Assembly: GCA_937625935.1 (NCBI GenBank)
Contig: OW569363.1
Coordinates: 1-64,000 of the forward strand
Direction of reading: 5' to 3'
From: Tetramitus jugosus
Lineage: Eukaryota; Protista; Heterolobosea
Length of the DNA stretch: 64,000 nucleotides
In this document: positions 9,367 to 20,332 of the stretch, in pieces
Position numbering within the stretch: the stretch's first letter is position 1
Layout of the letters: each line of letters begins with the position of its first letter
Position numbers and translations under genes: made by a program
The notes under the pieces: generated by a model
What the model was told of the DNA's origin: nothing
What the model saw: only the letters and a program-made list of their open reading frames with translations
Databases searched by the model: none

Positions 9367-12300
9367 ATGAACAACAATAATATTTATAGCACTAGTGATA
9401 CTTTGGACAGTGAAGTAATCACGGTACTGGATGAACCTGCACTTGAGGTTTGTGAACCCAAGCCCATTACACCTACTCGTTGCTCTCTGGACTATCAAAC
9501 CTTCAAGGCCGAAGTAATCGAGGCAAGAGCAAGCTTGGATGTAGGTGTTCAACCGGCACACATTTCTCCAGAGGTGCAGCAAAATTTGGAGGAAGACTAC
9601 CACAAGATTTCTGCCTCAGACTTGCTCAAGAAACTGGAAACGGATCAAAACAAGGGACTCACAACCAAAGATGCAGAAGAAAGATTGAAGAAATATGGAC
9701 CCAACACAATCCAACCTCATAAAGGAATCTTTATGAAGATTGTCAGGTTCTTTGCTCATTTCTTTAGCGGATTTGCTTTACTCTTGTGGCCAGCGGCTAT
9801 CCTGTGTATCATCGCTTGGAAGCCATTGGGCAATCCGAACCCCGATCGAAACAATCTCGTATTGGCCGTCATTTTGATAGTTATCATCTTCATCCAAGGA
9901 TTTTTCGAAATCTGGCAAGAGAAAACTTCCGGCAAGATCATGTCAGGAATTTCCAGTATGCTACCATCGATTGTAAAAGTGATGAGAGATGGCCAACTCA
10001 TTCAAATTGCCATGGGTGACCTCGTACCTGGAGATATTGTTCATTTGGGTCTCGGTGATAAGGTCCCTGCTGATGTTCGACTCTTGGCAGTGTCAGGTCT
10101 CAAGTTGGACACATCCATGTTGACTGGAGAGAGTGAACCAGTGAATTGTGTGACTGAATGTACAGATGCCATGGTTCTTGAGTCCAAGAATTGTGCTTTC
10201 CTTGGAACAAGTGTCGTGGAAGGTAGTGGAGTCGCGCTGGTGATTCATACCGGACAGAAAACTGTCATGGGCAGTATTACAAAAGCAGCATCCAAGACAA
10301 AGCAAGCCACTTCATCATCTGCCTTGCACAAAGAAATCAGAAGATTCGTTATTGTGGTGTCAACCCTCGCTATTTCTACTGGAATAATGATTATCGTAGT
10401 TTGGGCGGCTTGGTTAAGAACTTCGTATCCAAAGTTTCTGACACTCAGTGCAGCTATTGTCACAGCCCTGGGAGCAATCGTGTCCTTCTGTCCGGAGGGA
10501 ATGCCGGTGTGTGTTACGATGACACTCACCTTGATTGCAAAGAGAATGGGAACCCAGAAAGTATTGGTAAAGTCGCTGATGACGGTGGAAACTTTAGGAT
10601 GCGTCAACGTGATTTGCTCCGATAAGACAGGAACATTGACCATGAACAAAATGGCAGTCATGCATCTCTATATTGGACAGAAGTTGATAATGTATGGAAA
10701 GGAGGTGGTGGAAATGTTTGCATCGAATCAGGCCATGAAAGAAATGTATACCATTATGTCGCTGTGTAACCGCGCATTCTTCGAAGATGATAGTATCAAG
10801 TCTGGTGTAAATATCAATGAAAGAGAGGTTATAGGTGATGCTTCTGATACGGCAATGTTAAGATTCGCAGAAGAACTGGATTCTGTAGCGGAATTAAGAG
10901 CTCGATTTCCAAAAATCTGTGAAATTCCATTTAACTCCAAGAACAAATACATGCTAACCATATGCTCTCAACCGGATGATACCAGACCACTATTAATGAT
11001 GAAAGGTGCAGCTGAAATTATCATGAATAGATGCTCAACTCTGTTGGATGCCAATGGCAATGAAGTACCTTTGACTGACAGAATTAAGGAAGACCTCGTG
11101 AGACAACAGGAATACTTTGGAGAGTGTGGGGAACGTGTACTTGGTATCGGTAGAAGATATCTCTCTGAAACAGATTATGAGTGTGAAATTCATGAGTTCA
11201 ATGCAGATATAGTCAACTTCCCCACAAATGACCTGTGCTTGGTAGGATTGGTTGCATTGCTGGATAAACCACGATTGGAGGCAGGTGAAGCAGTCGAGAA
11301 ACTGAGAAAAGCTGGTATTAGAGTGGCCATGGTCACCGGAGATCACCCAACAACTGCAACTAGTATTGCACGGATGGTAAACATTGTTCGAGGAGATTGT
11401 ATCAAGTTCAGTATGGAGTCTTGGAATCAATATGAGCCCTCAGAAAACCAGAAGCTGTACAAGAAGAAAACCAATGTCCCTAAAATTGTTGATCAGGGAC
11501 TTGTAGTTCCTGGATCTGAGATCCCTTCATTAACTGATGAAGCGTGGAACTACATTCTGACACATGAAGAATTGGTGTTCGCACGCACAACTCCAGACCA
11601 GAAACTGAGAATTGTTAAGGAGTTTCAAAAGAGAAAGAATGTTGTTGCTGTCACTGGTGATGGTGTAAACGATTCCCCTGCTCTAAAGCAAGCTGATGTT
11701 GGAGTATCAATGGGTTCTGGAAGTGATGTCGCTCGTGAAGCTGCTGATCTCATCCTATTGGACAACAACTTTGCTTCTGTTGTGGTAGGTGCAAAGTATG
11801 GACGTTTGGTGTTTGAGAATTTGAAGAAAGTGATCGCTTATCTACTTCCAGCCGGTACATTTTGTGAGATGTTGAGTATTCTCGCAGTGATCTTTTTCGG
11901 ACTGCCAGTTCCATTGTCTTCCATTCTCATGATTTCCATTTCTGTTTTCACTGATGTAGCCAATTGCATGACTTTGATATTTGAACAACCAGAGTCTGAT
12001 CTGATGAATTACAAACCTAGATCTATTACCGGCGAGAGAATTGTTAACTACAGATTGTTTTTACAGTCCTACATCTTTGTTGGAATTCTTCAGGCTGTCG
12101 GAGCTTTTGGCATGTGGTTCTGGTTTATGTACCAGTTCGGTGGTTTCAAACCAAAGGAGTTGATCTTTGTGTTTGACAAGTGGACTGCTGGTTACATGGG
12201 TAGAACTCAATCCGAACTCAACAAGCTTACAACTCAAGGACAGAGCGTATTTTTCATTGCTTTGGTATGCGAACAATTTGGAAATCTGTTACTCATCAGA

Positions 12301-12564
12301 ACAAGAAGAGTATCATTCTTCAAGCATCTACCATGGAGTTCCCAATCAAGAAATCCATGGTTGCCAGTCGGAATGTTCGTCTCTCTCTGCATGGCCATTA
12401 TGATCGTGAATATTCCATTGTTCCAGTACTTGTTTGGTACTGCTAGCATTCCCTACAAGTTTTATTTTGCCCCAATAGCAATCGGAATGGTCATCTTCTT
12501 CTTGGACGAGTTGAGAAAGTTAGGCACAAGGCGTTTCCCACGAGTATTCTTCTTCTCTTGGTGA
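9367..12564 (+). CDS. P-type ATPase, type IIC (Na+/K+- or H+/K+-ATPase alpha-like)
   Basis: TGES, PEG, ICSDKTGTLT phosphorylation site, EIPFNSKNK, KGAAE, MVTGDHP, TGDGVNDSPALK, about 10 TM helices. First ATG at 9367. Confidence 0.95.
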   Translation: MNNNNIYSTSDTLDSEVITVLDEPALEVCEPKPITPTRCSLDYQTFKAEVIEARASLDVGVQPAHISPEVQQNLEEDYHKISASDLLKKLETDQNKGLTTKDAEERLKKYGPNTIQPHKGIFMKIVRFFAHFFSGFALLLWPAAILCIIAWKPLGNPNPDRNNLVLAVILIVIIFIQGFFEIWQEKTSGKIMSGISSMLPSIVKVMRDGQLIQIAMGDLVPGDIVHLGLGDKVPADVRLLAVSGLKLDTSMLTGESEPVNCVTECTDAMVLESKNCAFLGTSVVEGSGVALVIHTGQKTVMGSITKAASKTKQATSSSALHKEIRRFVIVVSTLAISTGIMIIVVWAAWLRTSYPKFLTLSAAIVTALGAIVSFCPEGMPVCVTMTLTLIAKRMGTQKVLVKSLMTVETLGCVNVICSDKTGTLTMNKMAVMHLYIGQKLIMYGKEVVEMFASNQAMKEMYTIMSLCNRAFFEDDSIKSGVNINEREVIGDASDTAMLRFAEELDSVAELRARFPKICEIPFNSKNKYMLTICSQPDDTRPLLMMKGAAEIIMNRCSTLLDANGNEVPLTDRIKEDLVRQQEYFGECGERVLGIGRRYLSETDYECEIHEFNADIVNFPTNDLCLVGLVALLDKPRLEAGEAVEKLRKAGIRVAMVTGDHPTTATSIARMVNIVRGDCIKFSMESWNQYEPSENQKLYKKKTNVPKIVDQGLVVPGSEIPSLTDEAWNYILTHEELVFARTTPDQKLRIVKEFQKRKNVVAVTGDGVNDSPALKQADVGVSMGSGSDVAREAADLILLDNNFASVVVGAKYGRLVFENLKKVIAYLLPAGTFCEMLSILAVIFFGLPVPLSSILMISISVFTDVANCMTLIFEQPESDLMNYKPRSITGERIVNYRLFLQSYIFVGILQAVGAFGMWFWFMYQFGGFKPKELIFVFDKWTAGYMGRTQSELNKLTTQGQSVFFIALVCEQFGNLLLIRTRRVSFFKHLPWSSQSRNPWLPVGMFVSLCMAIMIVNIPLFQYLFGTASIPYKFYFAPIAIGMVIFFLDELRKLGTRRFPRVFFFSW

Positions 12565-12704
12565 TCAAATTTGTCAATAAACAATCATCCCCACCTGATC
12601 AAACCATACCTTGAGTTTTGAAAGAGAATTCAGTTTGGGACCATCGGAACAAAGTGAACTCTTCCCTGGTAACTAAATTTCTTACTTCTAAAACAAATCA
12701 CAAA

Positions 12705-13752
12705 ATGTCCAAGCGCAAACGAGATGATGACAATGAGGAACAAGGTACAATACCAAAGACTTTTTTAGTGACACTGGTCAAACTCCCTGTCCGATTCGAC
12801 AAAGGTACCAACAGCTCTACGCTACGGAATCAAGATTGTTTCTCAGGAGTGGATGTATGCTAGCATTGAAAAGGGTGAACGACTCGATGAACGCTTCTAT
12901 CTGTATGCTCCTGATGAACCAGATAGAGAAGCCTCATTGCCTATTGTACCAAGACCTTCTTTTTCATTGCAAGAAATCTCTCATGTGCCTATAAAGACGC
13001 TCCAACAGCAGAACATGATGCCCGGAGAATTGAGTCTGTTGTTGTTTGAGTACTTGGCCAATGACGCAAGACATTTGCTAAGATGCAGCCTCGTTTGCAA
13101 GTCTTGGAATGAAATATTGAGCAGAGACAATGGTCACTTTTGGTTTCATGGACTGAAGAGATTGGTAGGACAGAGCAAACCTAGATCTACAAGAGAGATT
13201 CTTGACTATTGGAACAAACGTCGAGTATTCCCCTCGTTTCCACTTGTTGAACAACCATTGATCTGGAACGAGACATTTGGAGTAGCGACCCTCCCGAATC
13301 ACATCCCATGCTTGGAAGAAGGCGATGATGGGTGCACAGATTATAAGGCATGGTTTGTGGATCTCAGCTGGGCTCAATCTCTCTATGATACTGAAACAAC
13401 ACCCAAAATGGTACCTATCATTTTGAAGTTTCCCAAAGGATACGCAGAGTCCTTACCCTCTGAAGAACTTCAACTTCCAGCTGATCCTCTTGAACCCTGC
13501 TTGGCTACCGAGCCTCATGCCTTCAAAATTGCATGTAAGGCCATGGGGTTGGGCAAATGGACATGGAATGTATGGCATAAAAGAATCACTTCGGGTGACC
13601 ACCACAGATTTGTTCGCTATGTGCAAAGTAACAGCAACGAGACTATGGCTGTTTACAAGATCACATACCCAAATCCTGAGCATATTTTCTGTTTGCACAA
13701 GAGTCTTAATGGCAATCTCATTGGATTTTTGACCCAAGCAGGCTCTATTTGA
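12705..13752 (+). CDS. BRCT-fragment + F-box protein (apparent frameshift near 12775)
   Basis: F-box MPGELSLLLFEYL...LLRCSLVCKSWNEIL. Upstream in the same frame, TKVPTALRYGIKIVSQEWMYASIEKGERLDERFY is a BRCT C-terminal signature. The ATG at 12705 (MSKRKR) is in another frame; the alternative start is 12853. Confidence 0.7.
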
Positions 13753-13975
13753 CATTTCTGCATTCTGAAGAAGAATATCTAATACAACCTTTGTAATATT
13801 CTAACAATTGTAACAACAAGAAACATGTTTTGTAATTCGACAGAAGGTTGGAAGAATGGATGTTTGCTGTCACACCAACCATGTCAATCCAACGCACGTC
13901 TTGTTCCTCTATTTGTGGAATGGAGATGAAATTGAAACCGAATGATCGTAACAAGAAAATTGTTTATGAAAAGAT

Positions 13976-15103
13976 TTAGAAGCACTTTCTGTGGACAATA
14001 CCTGGACCAGAGTCTTCGTATTCTTCCTTGGAGATCCACATTTGTTGGAAAGTGGACAAGGAAGCCAAGATGGAGCCACCAATCCAGACAGAGTACTTTC
14101 TCTCTGGTGGAGCAACAACCTTGATCTTCATGGAAGCAGGAGCCATATTGGTCAATTCCTTGGTCAATCTCTCAGCAATACCCTCGAACATGGTTGTACC
14201 ACCGGACAAGACAACGTTTCCGTACAAGTCCTTTCTGATATCAATATCAGTCTTACCAATGGAGTTGAAGGTGGTCTCATGGACACCAGCAGCTTCCATA
14301 CCGATAAAGTTTGGTTGGAACAAAACTTCAGGGCATCTGAATCTTTCGTTACCGACAGTGATGACATTACCGTCAGGCAATTCGTAGGACTTCTCAACGA
14401 CAGAGGACTCTGCAGCCTTCTTCATTTCTTCGTCAAAGTCAAGAGCAATGTAGCAAAGCTTTTCCTTGATATCTCTGACAATTTCTCTTTCGGCAGTAGT
14501 TCCGAATGAGTAACCTCTTTCCATCAAAATCTTCATCATGTAGTCAGTCAAGTCACGACCAGCCAAATCAATTCTCAAAATGGCATGAGGCAAAGCATAA
14601 CCTTCATAGATAGGGACAGTGTGAGAGACACCATCACCAGAATCCAAGACGATACCAGTGGTTCTTCCGGAAGCGTACAAGGACAAGACAGCTTGGATAG
14701 CAACGTACATTGCAGGGACGGAGAAGGTCTCAAACATGATTTGAGTCATCTTTTCTCTGTTGGCCTTTGGGTTCAATGGAGCTTCAGTCAACAAGACAGG
14801 GTGCTCTTCTGGAGCAACTCTCAACTCATTGTAGAAGGTGTGATGCCAGATCTTTTCCATGTCGTCCCAGTTGGTCACAATACCGTGTTCAATTGGGTAC
14901 TTCAAGGTCAAGATACCTCTCTTGGATTGAGCCTCATCACCGACATAGGCATCCTTGTTACCCATACCGACCATGATGGACTTTTGCTTTGGTCTACCAA
15001 TGATGGAAGGGAAGACAGCTCTTGGTGCATCATCACCAGCAAAGCCAGCCTTACACATACCAGATCCGTTATCAACAACTAGGGCTTGAACGTCGTCACA
15101 CAT
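13976..15103 (-). CDS. ACT: Actin (Naegleria/heterolobosean-like)
   Basis: 375 aa, intronless, unmistakable conventional actin ([33 protein letters not shown]...IVHRKCF). Confidence 0.99.
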
Positions 15104-15397
15104 GTTATATTATATTATTTAGTTACAAAGAGGGGTTGTACAGAGATTGTTGTTTTGTTGTTTTGGAGCAAAAAGTGAAAGCAAAGTTGATCACACACAA
15201 TTTAAATTAACAAAAAATTGAAGACATCACATCACACGTCATGACATGTGACGGATTTGACGTGTAGTGGATCTCCAGTCGGCGTCGGCTTTATTTTTTC
15301 ACTTCAACCAAGAATAACTCCTCCGAAAGTGATCGGAATATCTGGGGCAAAATCCTTCAAGGTGATGCTTCTCTCTCTCGAGAGAGAATCCAAAAAG

Positions 15398-16283
15398 ATG
15401 AATACCGCCGCGGCAGAGGATCATGAAGGCGCATATGATCCAAGTGTGTTAAATACGATCATTCAGAGATTACAGAATGACAAGATTGAATTTGATGCAG
15501 ATTTGTACACTGGTGTCAGAGAACCATGGAAGTTTGTCGACATTGAAACAATGATCCCAGATGCCAATGTTCATTTCTTCATGTTGCGCAGATTCCTCAA
15601 AGTTTGTTTGCAAGGTGTCAAGATTTATCTCGTATGTTGTTGGAATTTCGGTGCCTGTGTGCACATGTGTTGTCTATAGTTTGGTTTCAATCAGATTGGA
15701 AACTGTTTTTGCTCATTCGTTTGAATTGACAATGTCTGTCATTTTTGTTAGCCGATTCATTTGTTGCCAATCTTGTTGTTCAAGCGGGCAAAGCTAGCCA
15801 AAGAGCCAGGTTCTGTTTTGTGGACATTGTTCAAAGCACAGACCAAGAGTTCAGTGTTTATGGCATCTTTTACAGGCAGTTTTCTCTATATATTGTGCCT
15901 GTTGAATAATGTGGGATGTTCTGATCATCCATTCATTGTGTATTTTGCCGGGTTTTGCTGTGGATTGAGTTGTTTGTTTGAACCCAAAGAAAGACGAAAG
16001 GAATTAGCCATCTATTGTTTTACGAGAGCAGGTGAGGTAGTCAATGAATGTGGTCATGTACGGAAGTACTGGAAAAGAGAGCATATGGACTACTTTTTCG
16101 TTGCACTCTTTAGTGCGTCAATGGTATGTTGTTTGTGTGTGACTTTTTGGCTGCTTCACAGGTTGAGCTCACATGTTGTAACTTTTGTAATCACAGGGAG
16201 GTCTCATGTATTATTATCACCGAGAACCAAAACACATCAAGGCTTTTGTTAAAACCATCATGAGATTTTTGTTAGGGTACTGA
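15398..16283 (+). CDS. TMEM135-like (Tim17-superfamily) membrane protein, 3 exons
   Basis: Exons 15398-15631, 15752-16123 and 16197-16283 with GTATGT...AG introns. Spliced product reads KIYL|PIHLLPILLF, FEPKERRKELAIYCFTRA and SM|GGLMYYY. Confidence 0.8.
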
Positions 16284-16440
16284 ATGAAGGAGATGACTTT
16301 TGTATGGTCAATCAATAACATTCCTTCGCCTGTTTGCTCAATTAAAAACTGAAAGAACCAAAAATCATCACATCAACAACAACAACATTTCATTCAAACA
16401 AATCTAAGCATCGCCATTTTTTCATTCATCTCCAATTTTT

Positions 16441-18735
16441 ATGAACCAAGTACACCACCAAAAGAGAGAAAATCACGAGGTTTACGCACAGCACGTTCTC
16501 TCAGTTTTGACCTTGTTGCAGAATGAAGCAACAACATCTCCGGATCGCCACCAAGAATGCTTATTTCAAGTGAGGAGTCATTATCTATATGAAATTGTAA
16601 AGTTGATTGGTGAGGTGTGTTTGATTGCACGAGAGACATCCATTGATCTGCCTATTGAGGATTCCACTCGGGACAAGAAGAATGATGATGCGGCAACAGA
16701 ACAACAAAAGCGAAAAAATGACCTGCCGAATCAATCGGATCCAGAATTTGTGTTGAATCTCAATTTTGCCAATGTCATATCTCTTGAAAGCAACAAGTTC
16801 AACTCGCACTGGTTCTACGAGTACTTGTCTAAGATGTTTAATGATTGTATAGTGGGACAGCACGTTCATTGGGATAAGTTGGTTGAAACGTGTAAGAAAG
16901 TTCATTCAGTGTCTTGGCAGATTGCGAACAGGCGAGCCGTTACAGCTGAAATTAAACCAAAGTATGCTTCCAAGTGCGAATCGTATCGAGTGTTTCGTTG
17001 TGATGAGTTTCCAACTGAGGGAGCAGCCATTTGTCAAATAGATTTATTGGAGATGCCATTGTTTGGAATGAACTTTTCTACATTTTCTACTCGATTCATG
17101 AAGTCTGTGGAAGAAGAATGTGAAGGTGCATCTCTCAATATCAGCCACTATCCAAAGATTATTGTCATTGGACAGAGAAAATCTGGCAAATCGAGTGTTG
17201 TTCGGCGGTTGTTGAATATGAATATATTGGAGGTTGGCCAAAGCGAGAACATATCATTCCCTGTTGAAGTTGAGCTACGAAGAAACGATGCTCTCAAATT
17301 TGGATACAGGTATCGGATAAGGGTACATGAATGGATCTGGGATCAAACAATTTGGGATATTGAAGATTTCGCACATGGCACAGTCTCGTCCGAGAGAGAG
17401 CTGCAAGCGCGAATCAGCACAGATCTTAACTCGCTACGTCAAAAGATGAGTCAATCTCATCCACATACTGCTTATATTAAGAAACGAGTCATTTTACGTA
17501 TTGAATCATGCTTCATCCCAACGAATATTACGTTTGTTGACACACCTGGAATTCCTGATGGTAACACAGGACGCGAAGAACGAACAATTGCAGAGAGTAT
17601 TGTGCAGGAATATATTTTACGGAACCCATACGGTGTTTTTATCTGCGTATTCAATTCCTCCTTGCCAAAGAGCGGAAACTTGATAACACCGATCATACTC
17701 GATGAAGAGAAGAAAAGTAGAACTCTCAGAAAATATTTAGGAGTGCTAACTCATGCCGAAGATCGTCAAAGTGCTACCACATATAGATCATATTTAGATG
17801 ATCGAGTCATCACAAAATGGTTCGCTATATCGAACATTCAGAATGAATCAACACTATTTCAACTTGAGAAGGCAGAACACGCTCAATTGATCTATCTTCA
17901 ATCTCATGTTGCCACAGAGTTTCCAAGGTGCCATGATATCAACGAAAATCCTTCTCTCTTCTACTCAATGACCAATCTTCGGATCCAACTGGCACATGCA
18001 CTTTCGACACAAGTTTCGGCATTTACTCGAAATGTGATTCAACAGCTCGAAACAGAGATTAAACATCATGATCTAACTCACGGAGTCATAGAATCATGGA
18101 CACGCGAGCAAATAGCCGATGCATTTTTCTCATTCTTTGAGAAACAAATTTCAGGGATGACGTTTCATGAGCCACAAATGCTTATGGCCATTAATGAGGA
18201 GAACCCAACGAGAGACAATGTGCAACAGATATTGACAAAATTAATGTCCTCATATCGAAGTGTGATCGAATACACAGTTTCCACAGAGTTAGTGACACAG
18301 CTCTCGAGAGTGCAACAACATACTCATTCAGGTGACAGCTCAGGCAACAACATATTCATGGTAACAAAGTATTACAAAGCTTTTGGGGAGTACCTTTTGA
18401 AGGAGATTGTGGTTGGACAATTAATACCACGGATATCATATCTAGTATTGAATCAAACAGTGGCTCTCATGAACTCGCTTTTTGAGCTATTGACAGTCAA
18501 AGAAGTCGGAAAGAGTGATGTAACTTACCTTAAGCAGACATTAGTGCATGCGTGTCGGAATCATGTACACCGTATATCTATAAGAAAGTTAGCCGCACAG
18601 TTCCGGTTAGTTCTGAATCAATCTCCTGTTGTGGACGACTTTTGGCAACCAACCTTTGTCAAGATTCGATCCAAGAGACTGGCCCTTGAACACTTCCAAA
18701 AATTATCTTCACATTATTTGCATAACGCACAATGA
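16441..18735 (+). CDS. Divergent dynamin-superfamily GTPase-domain protein
   Basis: PKIIVIGQRKSGKSSVV (G1), ITFVDTPG (G3), LGVLTHAE (degenerate G4), then a helical C-terminal region. 764 aa, intronless. Confidence 0.75.
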   Translation: MNQVHHQKRENHEVYAQHVLSVLTLLQNEATTSPDRHQECLFQVRSHYLYEIVKLIGEVCLIARETSIDLPIEDSTRDKKNDDAATEQQKRKNDLPNQSDPEFVLNLNFANVISLESNKFNSHWFYEYLSKMFNDCIVGQHVHWDKLVETCKKVHSVSWQIANRRAVTAEIKPKYASKCESYRVFRCDEFPTEGAAICQIDLLEMPLFGMNFSTFSTRFMKSVEEECEGASLNISHYPKIIVIGQRKSGKSSVVRRLLNMNILEVGQSENISFPVEVELRRNDALKFGYRYRIRVHEWIWDQTIWDIEDFAHGTVSSERELQARISTDLNSLRQKMSQSHPHTAYIKKRVILRIESCFIPTNITFVDTPGIPDGNTGREERTIAESIVQEYILRNPYGVFICVFNSSLPKSGNLITPIILDEEKKSRTLRKYLGVLTHAEDRQSATTYRSYLDDRVITKWFAISNIQNESTLFQLEKAEHAQLIYLQSHVATEFPRCHDINENPSLFYSMTNLRIQLAHALSTQVSAFTRNVIQQLETEIKHHDLTHGVIESWTREQIADAFFSFFEKQISGMTFHEPQMLMAINEENPTRDNVQQILTKLMSSYRSVIEYTVSTELVTQLSRVQQHTHSGDSSGNNIFMVTKYYKAFGEYLLKEIVVGQLIPRISYLVLNQTVALMNSLFELLTVKEVGKSDVTYLKQTLVHACRNHVHRISIRKLAAQFRLVLNQSPVVDDFWQPTFVKIRSKRLALEHFQKLSSHYLHNAQ

Positions 18736-18781
18736 TTTCATAAATATTCAATGCTGTTGTGTTATTTAATTCGTAAACTAA

Positions 18782-20029
18782 TTAGTCCAAGTCCAAATCG
18801 TCCACTGTGCTCTCAACAGGAGCAGTGTAATGTGTTATTGGGTGGAGGTACTCGTACAAGTGCATCTTGTCAACCACCACATCAGTCTTCTTAAAATACT
18901 TTGGTACATATTCCTCGTGATTGGCCTTCATTTCCTTGATCAACTTTCTCTGGCACTCCTCGACTTCGGCCTTGTGTTTGATTGCAGAATCCCAATCCTT
19001 TTGCTTGATGGCATGAGTGACATGATGCCAGATTCTTCTACTCTCGAAGCAATCTTGCTTGGCCACTGGCTTCACAACCAATTGCAAATCCTCCATGGCC
19101 ATCACATCAAGAAACACTTGCTTATCATTGTTTCTCAAATCCGTAATATGACTGAGACCAATCATTGAACCTTCAATTTCGTACACTGGTCTCGATTTCA
19201 TCTTTTTCGTTCCATTCTTCTTCACCTTCTCATACGGTTCCGTAATGTGTCCCTTGAACACGTTGCCACTCTTGAACTTCAAATTGCTCTGTACACCAGT
19301 CTGTTCACACACAATCTTTGCTTCACCAGAGAACTCGAATCCTGATTTGCCCAACAAGATACCCTTTGCACAAGGAGAAGGCAACGACACGTGATACGTC
19401 TCTTTCACACCACTTGGCAAGAACAAGTGCACACGAACAGGCCCAGTGAACGTCACGTCCACCTTGTTGCCCCAAAAGATTGGCGCCGTTCGAATCGTTC
19501 CCTCATAGGAGAAATTATTGGTCTGATTCCAGACATAGAAGCAACAAACAGGCGGATGATGCGAAATTTGTTCATAGACGACAAAAGATTGTGAATTGTC
19601 ACTGTGATTCCAATGACCATGAAAATGTTCACCAATCACAGAGTTGAATGGCTTGTTTGGACCAGTGATGCTCGGTTGAGGCACACTTGTTCTTGGTGCC
19701 ACAATAAACTGAAGAACATGGATCATTCTCTTGAGTGCATCTGTTTCCTTGTGTGCCTTGGTAAACGACTCAAATGGTCTCGACAGTTCAGCTCCCCACT
19801 CTAGTGCAGATTTTCCCTTTTCACCTTGAATAGGACTGGCAATTTGACTCAAATCAGTGCCAATTCTCAAGCTCTTGATAAATTGGAAGAGTAGAGAGGC
19901 ATTGCTTGAACTATGGTCAGCATCTGCGCCAAACTTTGGCTTATAGTCCACAATTGTGGGATAAGTGGAGTCTTGTTGTTGTTCGTATACACTGGGATCA
20001 GTGTTGCCGTTTGTTTTGAAAAATTCCAT
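18782..20029 (-). CDS. Oxysterol-binding protein (short OSH/ORP type)
   Basis: KPFNSVIGE, the EQISHHPP signature and ESRRIW...A...K..VEE.QR. First plausible ATG at 20029. Confidence 0.95.
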   Translation of the reverse strand: MEFFKTNGNTDPSVYEQQQDSTYPTIVDYKPKFGADADHSSSNASLLFQFIKSLRIGTDLSQIASPIQGEKGKSALEWGAELSRPFESFTKAHKETDALKRMIHVLQFIVAPRTSVPQPSITGPNKPFNSVIGEHFHGHWNHSDNSQSFVVYEQISHHPPVCCFYVWNQTNNFSYEGTIRTAPIFWGNKVDVTFTGPVRVHLFLPSGVKETYHVSLPSPCAKGILLGKSGFEFSGEAKIVCEQTGVQSNLKFKSGNVFKGHITEPYEKVKKNGTKKMKSRPVYEIEGSMIGLSHITDLRNNDKQVFLDVMAMEDLQLVVKPVAKQDCFESRRIWHHVTHAIKQKDWDSAIKHKAEVEECQRKLIKEMKANHEEYVPKYFKKTDVVVDKMHLYEYLHPITHYTAPVESTVDDLDLD

Positions 20030-20332
20030 GCTGGTCTGCTTGTACACGAAGAAGAAAAGTGGTGAAAGCTTTTTGTTGTTGCTTGTGTTTTGTTTTGTTT
20101 TGTTTGTTGTTGCTGCTTTTTTTGTTTTTTGGTCTGTGGAAAATTCCACAACTAAAATAGAGCGTGACAGATGCGGCTAATTCACCCGGATTGCCGAGTG
20201 GCTGACTGGAAGAACAATTTTCTGAGGGTGAAATCATTGGAGCTTTGCCGGATAAAGTGGGATAAACGGAGAGAGAATCACTTTTTGGGTGACATTTGGG
20301 TTTCAACTATTTCAATTATTGGTGTGTTTTAT

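Noticed and set aside
13991-15082. Long plus-strand ORFs over actin (likewise over the formin FH1 and the LRR gene)
   Set aside because: Antisense shadows produced by codon bias and repeats.
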